A DNA stretch of 64,000 nucleotides from Chamaesiphon sp. (GCA_965246715.1 CBDFFH010000037.1:103255-167254), one strand, 5' to 3'; shown: positions 42,468-53,815, counted from the stretch's first letter. Numbers and translations: made by a program. The notes: a model not told the origin generated them from the sequence alone.

Positions 42468-43358
42468 ATGACCGCAACTCCAGCCATTACCCCCAGCCGC
42501 ATTACCGAGAAATTAACCTGGAACTGGCGGGGACATCAGATTAAATATAGCGTTACCGGTGAAGGTCAGCCGTTATGCTTGATTCATGGCTTTGGTGCAT
42601 CGATCGATCATTGGCGCAAAAATATCCCCGGATTAGCTGAGGGTGGCTATCAGGTATATGCGATCGATCTGTTGGGATTTGGTGGTTCGGATAAAGCGCC
42701 GATCGACTACAGTATGGAACTGTGGGAAGAATTAGTTGTCGATTTCTGGCACGAGTATATTAATGTGCCGACAGTATTTGTTGGTAACTCGATCGGGGCA
42801 TTGCTGAGTCTGATGTTGGTAGCACATCATCCGGAAATAGCTGCGGGTGGCGTGTTGATTAATTGCGCTGGTGGCTTGAATCATCGTCCCGATGAGCTGA
42901 ACTTTCTACTGCGCGGCGTGATGGGGATATTTACGAATATTGTGGCATCGCCAGCACTAGGTAAATTTATGTTCGATCGCGTGCGGAAGAAGTCTAGCAT
43001 TCGCAATAGTCTGTATCAAGTGTATACCCGTCGTGAAGCCGTCACCGACGAACTGATCGATATTATTTATCAACCCGCTTGCGATCCAGGCGCACAGCAG
43101 GTTTTTGCTTCGATCTTGACCGCTCCAGCAGGCCCTACTCCAGAGTCTTTATTACCTGAAGTTACCAAACCACTGTTGGTATTGTGGGGCGAAAACGATC
43201 CATGGACACCGATTAAGGGTGCCAAAGTTTATCAAGAACTCGCCGCAGCCGGGAAACCGATTCGAGTAGTCTCGATTCCCAATGCTGGGCACTGTCCCCA
43301 CGATGAGCATCCAGAAGTTGTCAATCCAGCAATTTTAGAATGGTTGAGTAGTCATTAA
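42468..43358 (+). CDS. Alpha/beta fold hydrolase
   Basis: HGFG, GNSIG and GHCPH motifs. Confidence 0.9.
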   Translation: MTATPAITPSRITEKLTWNWRGHQIKYSVTGEGQPLCLIHGFGASIDHWRKNIPGLAEGGYQVYAIDLLGFGGSDKAPIDYSMELWEELVVDFWHEYINVPTVFVGNSIGALLSLMLVAHHPEIAAGGVLINCAGGLNHRPDELNFLLRGVMGIFTNIVASPALGKFMFDRVRKKSSIRNSLYQVYTRREAVTDELIDIIYQPACDPGAQQVFASILTAPAGPTPESLLPEVTKPLLVLWGENDPWTPIKGAKVYQELAAAGKPIRVVSIPNAGHCPHDEHPEVVNPAILEWLSSH

Positions 43359-43445
43359 TTTATCGATCGAGCGTTTTGCGTGGAGGCTCGTACTCTTTAT
43401 CGGTAATCGCAGTTAAAATAAAGATCCCCAATTAGGCGGGAAATT

Positions 43446-44315
43446 ATGGCACACCTAACTCAGCGACGATCGGAAAATATCGACGGGGACTTTTATGTCG
43501 ATCGATCTTGTATCGATTGCGATACTTGTCGGTGGATGGCTCCTACAGTATTCGAGAGTGCGGGGGAGATGTCGGCGGTATATCATCAACCGGAGAACGC
43601 ACCAGAGAGATTGCAAGCGCTCCAAGCATTATTATCCTGTCCGACGGGATCGATCGGCACGATCGATAAACCTGACGATATCAAACAAGCTCAAGCCTCA
43701 GTGCCAATTTTAGTAGCGGAGAATGTCTACCATTGCGGTTATCATTCCGAAAAATCTTATGGTGCGGCAAGTTATTTGATTCGACATCCAGATGGGAATA
43801 TTTTGATCGATTCGCCGCGATTTACGCCACCATTGGTCAAACAGATCGCTGCAATGGGCGGATTAAAATACCTCTATCTTACACATCGAGATGATGTCGC
43901 CGACCATCAGAAATTTCACGAGCATTTTGGTTGCGATCGCATCCTCCATCGAGATGATATTACCAGCGATACTAAATCAATCGAGCGTCAACTTCAGGGT
44001 ACAGATCCGATCGAACTTACCCCTGATGTTTTAATTATTCCCGTTCCCGGACATAGTAAAGGACATACAGTTTTACTCTACAAACATCAGTTCTTATTCA
44101 CAGGCGACCACCTCGCCTTCAGCCGTCAACTCGGACATCTCGGTGCGTTTCGAGACTTTTGTTGGTATTCCTGGGCGGAACAGGTGAAATCCATGCACAA
44201 ATTAGCTAGCTATGATTTTGAATGGGTCTTACCTGGACATGGGCGAAGATATCATGCCGATGTCCCCACCATGCGATCGCAAATGCAGCAGTGTCTCAAT
44301 TGGATGGCGAGCTAA
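43446..44315 (+). CDS. Ferredoxin-like + metallo-beta-lactamase fold protein
   Basis: CIDCDTC…CP, THRDD, PGHS and PGHG motifs. Confidence 0.88.
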   Translation: MAHLTQRRSENIDGDFYVDRSCIDCDTCRWMAPTVFESAGEMSAVYHQPENAPERLQALQALLSCPTGSIGTIDKPDDIKQAQASVPILVAENVYHCGYHSEKSYGAASYLIRHPDGNILIDSPRFTPPLVKQIAAMGGLKYLYLTHRDDVADHQKFHEHFGCDRILHRDDITSDTKSIERQLQGTDPIELTPDVLIIPVPGHSKGHTVLLYKHQFLFTGDHLAFSRQLGHLGAFRDFCWYSWAEQVKSMHKLASYDFEWVLPGHGRRYHADVPTMRSQMQQCLNWMAS

Positions 44316-44450
44316 GATCGCGAATATTACATTTGCACCTATAAATCGTAGAGTTTAACTGCCATAATTGTTTTCTCTAGTCAAAGGATCGTGGGAAAGT
44401 CGCGCCTCCGAGATTTTGGTTCGAGTTATTTTCTATGATGAGGTACTCCG

Positions 44451-44954
44451 ATGGCTGCTTTCAACAAGATTTTGGTAGCTGTAGATCGCTCGCCAGCTAG
44501 TGAAGATGTTTTTGCCAAAGCATTAGAACTGGCTCGATGTAATGATGCTACGCTGGTGCTGTTATCGACGATCGTCCCAGATTATGGTAGTGGCTATCTC
44601 AATCCACCACTGTATCCAGGGAGTGAGGCAATTGCTGTCACCGAGGCAACGATTAAACTCTATCTCGAACGTCAAGAGCAAGAGCGCAAACATAATCTAG
44701 AATTCCTCCAAAGTTTAGCTGCTAGAACTATTGAAGCTAATATTAAAGCAGAAATCAATCAGCAAATCGGCGATCCGGCGCGATCGATCTGTGAAGTCGC
44801 TAATACCCTAGCTGTAGACCTAATTATCGTGGGTAGACGCGGTTATAGCGGTTTGCCTGAATTATTCATGAGTAGTGTTAGTAACTATGTATTGCACCAT
44901 GCTCCGTGCTCGGTATTAGTCATTCAACAATTGACACCGCGCGCTGCCGCGTAA
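44451..44954 (+). CDS. Universal stress protein
   Basis: KILVAVD and GRRG…SVSNYVLHHAPCSVLV motifs. Confidence 0.92.
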   Translation: MAAFNKILVAVDRSPASEDVFAKALELARCNDATLVLLSTIVPDYGSGYLNPPLYPGSEAIAVTEATIKLYLERQEQERKHNLEFLQSLAARTIEANIKAEINQQIGDPARSICEVANTLAVDLIIVGRRGYSGLPELFMSSVSNYVLHHAPCSVLVIQQLTPRAAA

Positions 44955-45843
44955 AGTTGCTTGGCACCCATTTGAAAATCGGCACTAAAACAACTTTCAA
45001 ATGGGCGATTTCATCCATTGTCTAAATTACTTTAATCGAGTGAAAGAGCGGGCTTAGGTTTAGTATCGCTGGTTTCGATCTTGGGAATTAATTTATTCAA
45101 TTTAGCTAAATCCTCATGATTTCCTCATGTTGTTTTGGTTTAATAAAGGCAGAGCGGATCGATTTACCAAGGTTTATTATTGTTACATTAAACTACTTAA
45201 ATTTCGATCGCGGCGCATCGAGCAGCGGCGGATATCTGTAAATAAGTAGATCCGCTGCTGAGAGCCGATCGGTTAGGATAGTGCAACTATCGCGCTCAGA
45301 GCTGGCAACCATCACCTTCACCGCCATGACTCAGACGATCGGCAGTTAGCGATAATTATGTTCGAATTTGGGTAAACTAATTATAAATAGCGAATCTTTA
45401 TTCCGTCCGGTGAGAAAAGTAGCGCTAATAAACCCTAAAAATTGTACTTAAATATTTAAGTATTCGAGCCAGTGGAAAAACCCGCGTAGCTAAGTGCGCT
45501 CGGTGCCTCATCCCAACGTTTTTAGAGTTAACAATAATATCGATGAACGGTATAAATACTCATCCACGATCGTCTCAAAAATGTCCAGGGTGGGCAGCAC
45601 TCATCCTCTATGTTTGGGATAATTAAAACAGCAGAACGATCGCGCTTACCTGACTCGATCTCAAGTTTTTGCTTAAGAGTTCGACGATGAGTGGGCGATC
45701 CAGTATTCGTCAATTGACTGTTACATCCGAAATCTATCATCCAACACGTTCGGGATGTTGGGTAAGTCTAACTATCTAAATTTATGACAGTAATTGAGTC
45801 ATTTTGACGATCGGATTTTATGTTATCAAAGGAATTTAAGCTG

Positions 45844-46146
45844 ATGAATATTCAAGAGATCTTGCTCGACGCACTCCAATTTTTCGGACTGGCTTGGTGG
45901 ATAGAAATCGTCACGGAGCGTCCCAATTGCACCTATTATTTTGGCCCATTTGCATCCGCAACAGAGGCAAAGGCGCACAAATCTGGTTATGTCGAGGATT
46001 TGGAAAGCGAAGCCACAGAAGGTATTCAAGTCCGGATAAAACGCTGTAAACCATTACAGGTCACGATCGATCGCGAGTTAAACCAATCCTCAGACTATTA
46101 TCTCCGGCAATCGATCGAGAGACCGCTACACGGTCAATTTGGCTAG
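45844..46146 (+). CDS. DUF1816 domain protein
   Basis: WWIEI…PNCTYYFGPF motif. Confidence 0.85.
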   Translation: MNIQEILLDALQFFGLAWWIEIVTERPNCTYYFGPFASATEAKAHKSGYVEDLESEATEGIQVRIKRCKPLQVTIDRELNQSSDYYLRQSIERPLHGQFG

Positions 46147-46158
46147 AAAAATCTCGCT

Positions 46159-46352
46159 AACGTGAGTTTGGGATAAGGAAAATTGATTTGCTCCGTTCAA
46201 GCACCGCCCTGGGCGGTGCTGAATTGATGTATGAAACCATCGGTAGGGGCAATTCATGAATTGCCCCTACCGATGATTCTAGCTATTGCACATTTGTTGA
46301 ATCATACCTGTATTCAGCAACGCCGTGGACCTCTTTAGCCCGAACTCACGTT
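46159..46352. mobile_element. MITE with nested REP-like palindrome
   Basis: TIRs AACGTGAGTT / AACTCACGTT and 4-bp TSD CGCT. Internal GTAGGGGCAATTCATGAATTGCCCCTAC. Confidence 0.8.
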
Positions 46353-46443
46353 CGCTAACTTCCTCAGCCACGCGGCGATCTCAAATTTTTTGTCGATCGA
46401 TCTTATCTAGATCGATCGACATCTATACACTGGAGTCAATCTG

Positions 46444-46689
46444 ATGAAAACCAGCACTTGTCTTACTTCCACCTGTAGTAACTGTCGGTTCTTCAATCCA
46501 GAAGGACGTATTCATGGCAGTTGCCATCAACTCCACGTTACCGTCGATGGAGATTGGCCAGCATGTAGTTTGGGCGCTCCCGCATTTTTACCACTCGACG
46601 AACTACTAAAACTCGATCTAGATCTGCGTGCCACAGGCATCCCAGCGACAGCAGATCCGAGACGGGAATATGCTAGCACTAGCAACTAG
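46444..46689 (+). CDS. Small Cys-rich hypothetical protein
   Basis: CxxC…C…C pattern. GGAG upstream. Confidence 0.65.
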   Translation: MKTSTCLTSTCSNCRFFNPEGRIHGSCHQLHVTVDGDWPACSLGAPAFLPLDELLKLDLDLRATGIPATADPRREYASTSN

Positions 46690-46716
46690 CATAGTGTGAA
46701 ATTTCGAGCGTGTTAC

Positions 46717-48219
46717 TCAAGTAAGTTTGTCAACGAACACTTCGTCAGTCCAACTGCCATGTAAACCATAGGGAAGATGATGGGTCAGATGGAGGGTGGC
46801 AATCGGGCCTGTGGTCAAATCTGTGGCATCTAACACTACTACCGCCGATCGCTCGCGCGCCCCATCATAGATCGTCACCAGCAGCCAACCATCATCCTCC
46901 TGAGTGCCATCCGGACGGGGTACGAAGATGGGTTCGCCGACATATCCCGTTGGTGCAGCCGTCCACAATTGGCGGGAGCCAGTTTCGAGATCCAGCTTCA
47001 GGATGCTTTGTAATGGCGCATTTCCCACTGCCGTTTGGGCAGCCCCGATATAGACATAACGATAGGGTTGTCCGACATTTGCGGGGTGAATCGTGGGGAA
47101 TTCACAACAACGCGGTTCGATAAGTTGACGCTCGACGCGATGATTTTTGAGATCTAGCTCGAATCGCCACAATTGTCCCGGATCGAGTTTATTAAAATTA
47201 GTATCGCGGAAATCTTTGTCGGGTTCGACTTCGGGGAAAGAGGCATAACAAATCGAATCGATCGTTATCTTGCCATCGCGCTCGAAGGCATTCGCATGGT
47301 GGAATACAAAGCCCGATTTAGTTTCGATCGTTTGGACTGCTTCGCCACTGTGAGGATCGCGAGGAATGATGATAATCTTCGTCGATTTTTCGGGTTGGAA
47401 CTTGACACATTCAGCCGCACCTTTTAATCCCAATAAAAATGGAACAGGATTGAATCCTACCGGATTTTGGAAGAAGATACAATAATTAGACGTAATCGCA
47501 AAATCATGGATGAACGCAAATCCAGGAATTGTATGCACATGTTCCTCGACTACTTTGCCATCTCGATCTAACTCGTAAATAGTAATCGCAGTTAACAATC
47601 CCGTGAGATCGAATTTGCCGGTTTTTAACGCAAAGTTCACCATTCTGTCCTTAATCGGGTCGAATAGTGGATGTGCGGCAAAAGCATCGCCCGGTTTGAG
47701 GGTGTTATTGAAGTATTCGATGCCTAATGTAGCTAAAGTTTTGGGATCTAAGCGATGGGGTTCGGCGGCTTCCCACAAGGCGAGTAATTTACCACCCCAA
47801 TAAACTACTTGCGTATTGGCAATATTTTTTAACGTCAGATCGAAGGCATTACTCGACCACCCACCAGCTTTTTGGGTACCAAATACACCGCGATAGAGAA
47901 ATTTATTTGCAGCTTTTTCGGCTAAATATGCCTCGGTTTCAACGAAGCGATTGCGAAAGTGAGCTTGGCCATTTTGAAAGGTAATGCGACAGATCATCCC
48001 ATCGCCATCGAATGGATGACGCACGGATTTGTCCCCGAGTTCTAGCAAGCCAGGGCCATTTCTAAATAATGTCCCGGTTAGCGCTGCGGGAATTTCGCCA
48101 TCGATTTCGGTTATTTGATAATCATATTCTTGCGGTTGAGATCGATAGCCTTGTCGCCATTGAGCGAGATCGTATGGCAGCTCGGACGGAGTAGTTGCAG
48201 CAGTTGCTTGAGTTTGCAT
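46717..48219 (-). CDS. Carotenoid oxygenase (RPE65 family)
   Basis: RNGPG, HPFDGDG, HDF, EPIFVP and LHG motifs. Confidence 0.93.
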   Translation of the reverse strand: MQTQATAATTPSELPYDLAQWRQGYRSQPQEYDYQITEIDGEIPAALTGTLFRNGPGLLELGDKSVRHPFDGDGMICRITFQNGQAHFRNRFVETEAYLAEKAANKFLYRGVFGTQKAGGWSSNAFDLTLKNIANTQVVYWGGKLLALWEAAEPHRLDPKTLATLGIEYFNNTLKPGDAFAAHPLFDPIKDRMVNFALKTGKFDLTGLLTAITIYELDRDGKVVEEHVHTIPGFAFIHDFAITSNYCIFFQNPVGFNPVPFLLGLKGAAECVKFQPEKSTKIIIIPRDPHSGEAVQTIETKSGFVFHHANAFERDGKITIDSICYASFPEVEPDKDFRDTNFNKLDPGQLWRFELDLKNHRVERQLIEPRCCEFPTIHPANVGQPYRYVYIGAAQTAVGNAPLQSILKLDLETGSRQLWTAAPTGYVGEPIFVPRPDGTQEDDGWLLVTIYDGARERSAVVVLDATDLTTGPIATLHLTHHLPYGLHGSWTDEVFVDKLT

Positions 48220-48233
48220 AGGATGTGCGGGGA

Positions 48234-49679
48234 TTATTCTGACTTTGTTTCGATTAATTCTGGTAAAATTTCGGGGATAAAAGCGCGATCGCCAGTAATA
48301 TTCGTGAGTTGATGCTCGATCGCGCTGGCTGATGGTAGCAAACGCTCGACTTGTGCTATTGCTTGCGGATCTCGATCGGGTAGTAAGTTGATAAATATCA
48401 ACGGTAACACACCACCCACATTAGTAATTAAGACCAGCAACCACAAATTATCAAAATTCCGATCGGTTACGCCCAACAGATGAGTCAGTAGCGCACCACC
48501 TTCTTTAGATACCAATCCCGATAAATTTAGCACCGACATCAGTAAGGCAAACAGCGTTGCTTCGATCCCTGGCGGACACAATCTGGCAGCCAATACCAGT
48601 ACTGGCATAAAAGTTAATTGTCCCATCACCGTCAGCACCAAACTATCGCCGAGCGCGAACCAACGGTCGTCGATCCCCAATGTCCGATTGGTATGCGTTA
48701 CTAATAATAGTGTCGTCAAACCCAATAGCGAAGAAAATATCGTCGTCCACAAGAAGATTTGCCGGAACGGGATGGTTTTTAAAAAGCGCTGAAATAACCA
48801 CACCCCGAGCAACGATGCCAGCGCTGTCACCAGTCGCACTCGCCCTAAAAATTCTGGCGTAAAGCCTAGCTCATTGGTACTAAAGTAGAAAAACGCCGAA
48901 TCAGCCGTCGGCGTGCATTGCCAGAGGAACAGAAATAATGTCGGCATCCAGATGACTTTTTGGGTCAGCGCCTGCCATAATTGCTGCATCTGCGATCGAA
49001 TCGTCTCGGTAGCGACTGCTTCATCGGCATGTCCGATCGGTAATTCGACGATCCATAATGCGGCGATCGAGACTAATAATGGGAAAGCGGCGGTAACTGC
49101 AAACACAGTCCGCGTCGTGAAGTGCTCTAATAGCAATCCACCAAAATAGGCAGTGAGCAATCCGCCTAACGCCGAAGCACCCCAACACAATGATTGCAGC
49201 GAGCCAGACTTTTCGATCGATTCGCTCCGAGCGCGTTCTACTACCAGTGCATCGACGATCGCATCGCTAAATGCGACCGAAAGCGAACTAATCGCGATCG
49301 CCAATGTCGCAGCAGCGGCTGTATGCACCAGATTTGCCAAGGATAACCAGGCACCCACACCGAGTAAACCAGATAACATCAGGTAAGGTCGCCGTCGATA
49401 GCCAAAAATCGGCAAGCCATCCGAAATAAACCCAAAGATCGGCTTAACGATCCACGGTAAGGCGGCTATCCCCGTCAATGCTGCTACTTCGGCTGGAGAT
49501 AGTCCTAGATCGTCTTTGAGGAAAAAACTTACTGCTAACCGTGAAATACCTAAAATACCCTGCACTGCATAAACGAGTAGGATCGCTAGTAGTTCTGGGG
49601 TTGGCTGGTGTCCAAAAAATATTTTTGTCAGCAGTGGGTGAGGATTTAGTTCTGACGACTCGGAATGTTCGGTCAGCAT
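48234..49679 (-). CDS. Folate/biopterin (BT1) MFS transporter
   Basis: KPIFGFISD, GYRRRPY and CPPGIEAT motifs. Confidence 0.93.
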   Translation of the reverse strand: MLTEHSESSELNPHPLLTKIFFGHQPTPELLAILLVYAVQGILGISRLAVSFFLKDDLGLSPAEVAALTGIAALPWIVKPIFGFISDGLPIFGYRRRPYLMLSGLLGVGAWLSLANLVHTAAAATLAIAISSLSVAFSDAIVDALVVERARSESIEKSGSLQSLCWGASALGGLLTAYFGGLLLEHFTTRTVFAVTAAFPLLVSIAALWIVELPIGHADEAVATETIRSQMQQLWQALTQKVIWMPTLFLFLWQCTPTADSAFFYFSTNELGFTPEFLGRVRLVTALASLLGVWLFQRFLKTIPFRQIFLWTTIFSSLLGLTTLLLVTHTNRTLGIDDRWFALGDSLVLTVMGQLTFMPVLVLAARLCPPGIEATLFALLMSVLNLSGLVSKEGGALLTHLLGVTDRNFDNLWLLVLITNVGGVLPLIFINLLPDRDPQAIAQVERLLPSASAIEHQLTNITGDRAFIPEILPELIETKSE

Positions 49680-49754
49680 TATTAAAGAATATTACGCATT
49701 ATCCATTTCTATATTAACTTATCTTCATAAAGCGATCGAGCCTGTCGTCCCATA

Positions 49755-49984
49755 GCTACCGTGTATACACAAGTCGGCTGGACTTCGTTTCTAGATCTAA
49801 ATCCCCCAAACCCCCTTAAAAAGCTTGCTCAGATCTGGTCAAAGTCCCCCTTTTTAAGGGGGATTTAGGGGGATTCACACCAATTTCGCTTCTAACCAGA
49901 GATGTGTATACACGGTAGCGCCTCAGAGGGTGTCTGAAAAGTCTAAAATACGCCCCCTGTCGATTGTACTTATCAGACACCCTC
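49755..49984. repeat. Two adjacent MITE-like elements
   Basis: TIRs CTACCGTGTATACACA / TGTGTATACACGGTAG around a CCCCCTTTTTAAGGGGG repeat, then GAGGGTGTCTGA…TCAGACACCCTC. Confidence 0.75.
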
Positions 49985-50087
49985 TCATTGTCTCAACAGC
50001 ATAGATACCCAAAAAACCGATCGAGTTTTAGGATCGCAGCACATCCTCAAGATCGATCGGGTTACAGGCAAATATGTCGTCTCAAGA

Positions 50088-50993
50088 CTACATTTTGCTA
50101 GCAGCTTTGAGTTTCTTTCTCATGCGGAAAGCAGCGGTACCACCAAGGATGGTACCGATAATGGTAAATGGTTCGGGAAGTTTTTTGGCTGTCACTGCTG
50201 GGGAAAAAGTTCCTGCTACTGTTTGGCTCGAGTCACCGTCGATGCCACTAAACGTTTGATTGGCACTAGCAATAGATTGTAGAGTGTTTGTCTCGAATTG
50301 TAATGTTACCGAGCTTGTATTGGTGAAATTTAGGAGGACATCCCCATTCACGCTGGTCTCCCCTACGTTAATACTCCGTCCGCTAAAGAGATAGTCGTTT
50401 GGATTCTCTGTAGCAGTTAACGATGATGCACCTGAGTTACCAATTTGATAACTGTTCAGCCCACTAGTACCAGTAGCTTTGGCAACCCGCAGGTATTCGG
50501 TTTGGACGATTCCAGTGCGTCCACCTGTACCAGTTTCTCCGTCTACATCATAGACTAAGAAGTTAAAATCTGCGATCGTAAAAGGGGTTGTAAAGTTGTG
50601 AGTGATGCCATCAGTCTGATAAAAGTCGAACTTGTAAGTCATGACTCCGAAACCAGCTTGATTTGCTGCGATTTGGTAGATGAATGCCGCATCATTGGTG
50701 GATGAGGTGGCGGTGCCCGTAGTTTTGTAACTTGGAATGTGTCCTAAAAAAGAGTAATTGGCTCCAGTAACATTGGCAGTGACCACGGCATCAATTCCAC
50801 TAGCAACATTAAGATAATGGATTGGATTGCTATTGGTTGCAGCTTCGGGAACGGTGATATTTAAAGGTTCTTGAATGGTTGTGAAGCTCAGGTTGGTAGT
50901 GGCGGCACTAGCTCGATCGGGTTGGATCGCTGCGGTAGCGATCGCGAGTGAAAATAGTGACAGACCGAGCCTGGTCGTGGATTTGAGATTCAT
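50088..50993 (-). CDS. PEP-CTERM sorting domain protein
   Basis: Signal peptide. LPEPFTIIGTILGG TM segment with basic tail. Confidence 0.9.
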   Translation of the reverse strand: MNLKSTTRLGLSLFSLAIATAAIQPDRASAATTNLSFTTIQEPLNITVPEAATNSNPIHYLNVASGIDAVVTANVTGANYSFLGHIPSYKTTGTATSSTNDAAFIYQIAANQAGFGVMTYKFDFYQTDGITHNFTTPFTIADFNFLVYDVDGETGTGGRTGIVQTEYLRVAKATGTSGLNSYQIGNSGASSLTATENPNDYLFSGRSINVGETSVNGDVLLNFTNTSSVTLQFETNTLQSIASANQTFSGIDGDSSQTVAGTFSPAVTAKKLPEPFTIIGTILGGTAAFRMRKKLKAASKM

Positions 50994-51336
50994 GATTTTA
51001 AGGGGCGAGGTTTAAGTGGAGCAACACGATCGGGAATATCTTGTCTAAAGTATGCCCAAATCTTGCAAAAATTCAGCCGAGCGATCCACGAAACTCACAT
51101 ATTTCACGGTATTTTCTACTCGATCGAAAATTAAAATTCTAGCAACTTGGTAAAATACAACGGTAAAATGGCTGAAAAAACATAACTTACCATCAGCCAT
51201 CTATAGCATATCCTGAGTTTTTTCAGATGTAAAGGTTTTTTAATAACAAAGAGATCGCATTAATCTACTAAGTAAATTCACGATTAAATTCGATCGAGAT
51301 GTATCCACTAACATCTAAATATCGATCGAGGCTTGT

Positions 51337-51477
51337 GAGGGTGTCTGAAAAGCGTGGATTTAATCCCCCCAACCCCCTTAAAAAGGGGGCGTAAGAGTCA
51401 AAGTCCCCCTTTTTAAGGGGGATTTAGGGGGATTGACAACCTACGATCGGAGCCAATAAGACTTTTCAGACACCCTC
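51337..51477. repeat. MITE-like element
   Basis: TIRs GAGGGTGTCTGAAAAG / CTTTTCAGACACCCTC. Same internal repeat as at 49.8 kb. Confidence 0.75.
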
Positions 51478-51758
51478 TGAGTACAGATCGACGATGAGTC
51501 AGTAAATTCACTGATAAATCTACCGATCGGCATGTAAAAATCCAACAATAAGCGATCGAATCTACCCGATTCGATCGCTTGATATAAAAACATGAATTTT
51601 CACGAATATCTTTTGCGCTCTGGTGTTTTCAATACAGATCGATCGCAATCTTTTTGCTACCAGATAACTACTACTTCTCGAACGAAGCTCTAGCTCCAAC
51701 CGAATTGAATAGCGATCGCGCGCTTCTTGTCACGCTAGCTTACTGCGTCACCCCCAAC

Positions 51759-52409
51759 TCAGTGGTCTCTCGCCCAGTCAGTTGCTGCCCAAATCCGAAT
51801 GAAGACCACAGCCGATACTAGGGCACCCAATCCCCATTTGATCGCACTTTTCAGTAGAGACAATCTTTGGGCATCTTTAGTAAGTTCGGATTGCTGTTTT
51901 AATTTTTTTTCGGCTGTTGCCATATTTTGTAACACCTCCGACCGAAAAGCTTGAGGATCGGTAGTTTTCACTGCCTTACTACTTTTCATGATCGCTTCTA
52001 CTTCAGCGGTTGATGCTTTGGTCGCTTGTGTTTGGATCTGCTGTAACTTAGCGATCTTTGGCTTGAATTGCATGTCAATTCGTTCTTGAGTGACGACATC
52101 GAGTGCAAATGGTGTAATAAATAAGGCGAAAATTAGCACTAGATAAAATATTCCAGTCAATAGCGACAGCCACGATAATACTCTCAGCAGCGGCAGCTCT
52201 TTTTCTTTCCGCCCATTTAGATTGTCATAAAAAACTAAAATAAAACCTAAGATCGGCGCGATCGAATGTTCTACAAAGATGCCAGCAGTCTGAAACTGCC
52301 AACTCCGATCGGTAAATTGAGGCGGAATAAACGTGCTAATAGCATCGAATAATGATAGTAATAAAAACGCATAACCAGAAATGCGAAATAATCCCGAAAA
52401 AGAGTTCAT
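51759..52409 (-). CDS. HpsJ-like (cyanoexosortase-associated) membrane protein
   Basis: GY.FLLLS…PPQF…WQFQ motif, TM helices and coiled coil, located between PEP-CTERM genes. Confidence 0.75.
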   Translation of the reverse strand: MNSFSGLFRISGYAFLLLSLFDAISTFIPPQFTDRSWQFQTAGIFVEHSIAPILGFILVFYDNLNGRKEKELPLLRVLSWLSLLTGIFYLVLIFALFITPFALDVVTQERIDMQFKPKIAKLQQIQTQATKASTAEVEAIMKSSKAVKTTDPQAFRSEVLQNMATAEKKLKQQSELTKDAQRLSLLKSAIKWGLGALVSAVVFIRIWAATDWARDH

Positions 52410-52577
52410 TTGGTAGTGCTTGGTAGTGGTTGGCGAGGGGAAATTTTACTCACGATCGGCGGAGCGATCGAGCTAAGAGTAAAACATTCATCAGCTTATC
52501 ATCGTCTACACAAAAAATTACCAGGCAAGTCTAAAAAGTGTCAGACTCGTCTGGTCGATTGATGATGTGAGCTATTA

Positions 52578-53459
52578 CTAGGCTTGATTTGCCGCTTTGA
52601 GTTTCTTTTTCAGCCGGTATGCTGCCGTACCACCAATGATGGTACCGATAATGGTAAATGGTTCGGGCAATTTTTTGGCAGTCACGGGAGGGTTGAAAGT
52701 TCCTACTACTTTCTGGGTCGAGTCACCGTCGATCGCTGCAAACACGGTATTTGCGCCATCATTTGACGATGTAGTATTTGCCTCAAATTGTAATGTGACC
52801 GAGTTAGTGCTCAGAAAGCTTAAAAGCACATCCCCTTTCACCTCAGTCTCAGCTACGTTTTGATTCCGCCCAGAAAAAAGATAGTCGTTAGTATTTTCTG
52901 TCGCCAATAACGATGTGGCACCAGTATCACCAATTTGATAACTGTTCAGTCCACTAGTCCCGACACCTTTGGCAACTCGGAGAGCTTCGTTTTGAGCTGC
53001 ATCCCCATCGATGTCATAGACTAACAAATTAAAATCAAACGGAGTAGCAGCAGTGGTAAAGTTCGTACCATGTACAAAAAAGTCAAGCTTGTAGCTCAAT
53101 GTACCAATACCAACGCCGTTATTAGTGAGGTTAGTTGCGATTTGATAGTCAAATGCCGCATCACCGCTGGAGTTGCCTGCACTAGTATAGGTGGGAATAT
53201 GCCCATTAAACGTGTAGCCATCGCCACTAACCGTAGCAGTAAACCTAGCATCAATCCCTGTTGCAACGTTAAGGTAATCGATGATAGTGCCACTATAGCC
53301 GGGACCGTGGTTATCCACATTGGTGATGTCATTTGTTTGAACCGGAGTATTGAAGTTCAGTCCGGTAGTTGCAGCAGCGCGTTCGGGTGAGATCGCAGTG
53401 GCGACGATCGCCAGTGAAAATAGGGACAGGCTAAGCCTGGTCGTGGGTTTAAGATTCAT
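52578..53459 (-). CDS. PEP-CTERM sorting domain protein (paralogue of 50088-50993)
   Basis: Same architecture. Shared YDIDG and TSGLNSYQIG blocks. Confidence 0.9.
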   Translation of the reverse strand: MNLKPTTRLSLSLFSLAIVATAISPERAAATTGLNFNTPVQTNDITNVDNHGPGYSGTIIDYLNVATGIDARFTATVSGDGYTFNGHIPTYTSAGNSSGDAAFDYQIATNLTNNGVGIGTLSYKLDFFVHGTNFTTAATPFDFNLLVYDIDGDAAQNEALRVAKGVGTSGLNSYQIGDTGATSLLATENTNDYLFSGRNQNVAETEVKGDVLLSFLSTNSVTLQFEANTTSSNDGANTVFAAIDGDSTQKVVGTFNPPVTAKKLPEPFTIIGTIIGGTAAYRLKKKLKAANQA

Positions 53460-53726
53460 AATTTTAACTTTACGAGGTTTAAGCGGGGCAACACGATCGA
53501 GGGAGATTCTAATCTAGAATGCCCAAATTCTCGAAATTTCTAGCCGATCGACCCAAGAAATTCACAAACTTATCGGTATATTTTACTCGATCGAGCTTCA
53601 AAATTTAGCGATTTGGGTGAATGGCAATAGTCAAATGGCTGAAATATGTAAATAAGTTGCTAAGCTATCCGAACTATATCTGAATGGTTCCCAGATGTAA
53701 AGGTTGTCTAAATCCAGTAGTGGCTT

Positions 53727-53815
53727 GACCAGACTAAAAATGTGTGTAAAAAGATCTTAGGAAGTATGCTAATTGTAGTTTCAGAACTCTAAATGCCCAC
53801 ATTTTTAGTCTGGTC
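53727..53815. repeat. Short MITE-like element
   Basis: 18-bp perfect TIRs GACCAGACTAAAAATGTG / CACATTTTTAGTCTGGTC. Confidence 0.65.

Noticed and set aside
44955..45820. Long intergenic region with hairpins as ncRNA/riboswitch
   Set aside because: No recognisable family motif. It would need a covariance-model search.
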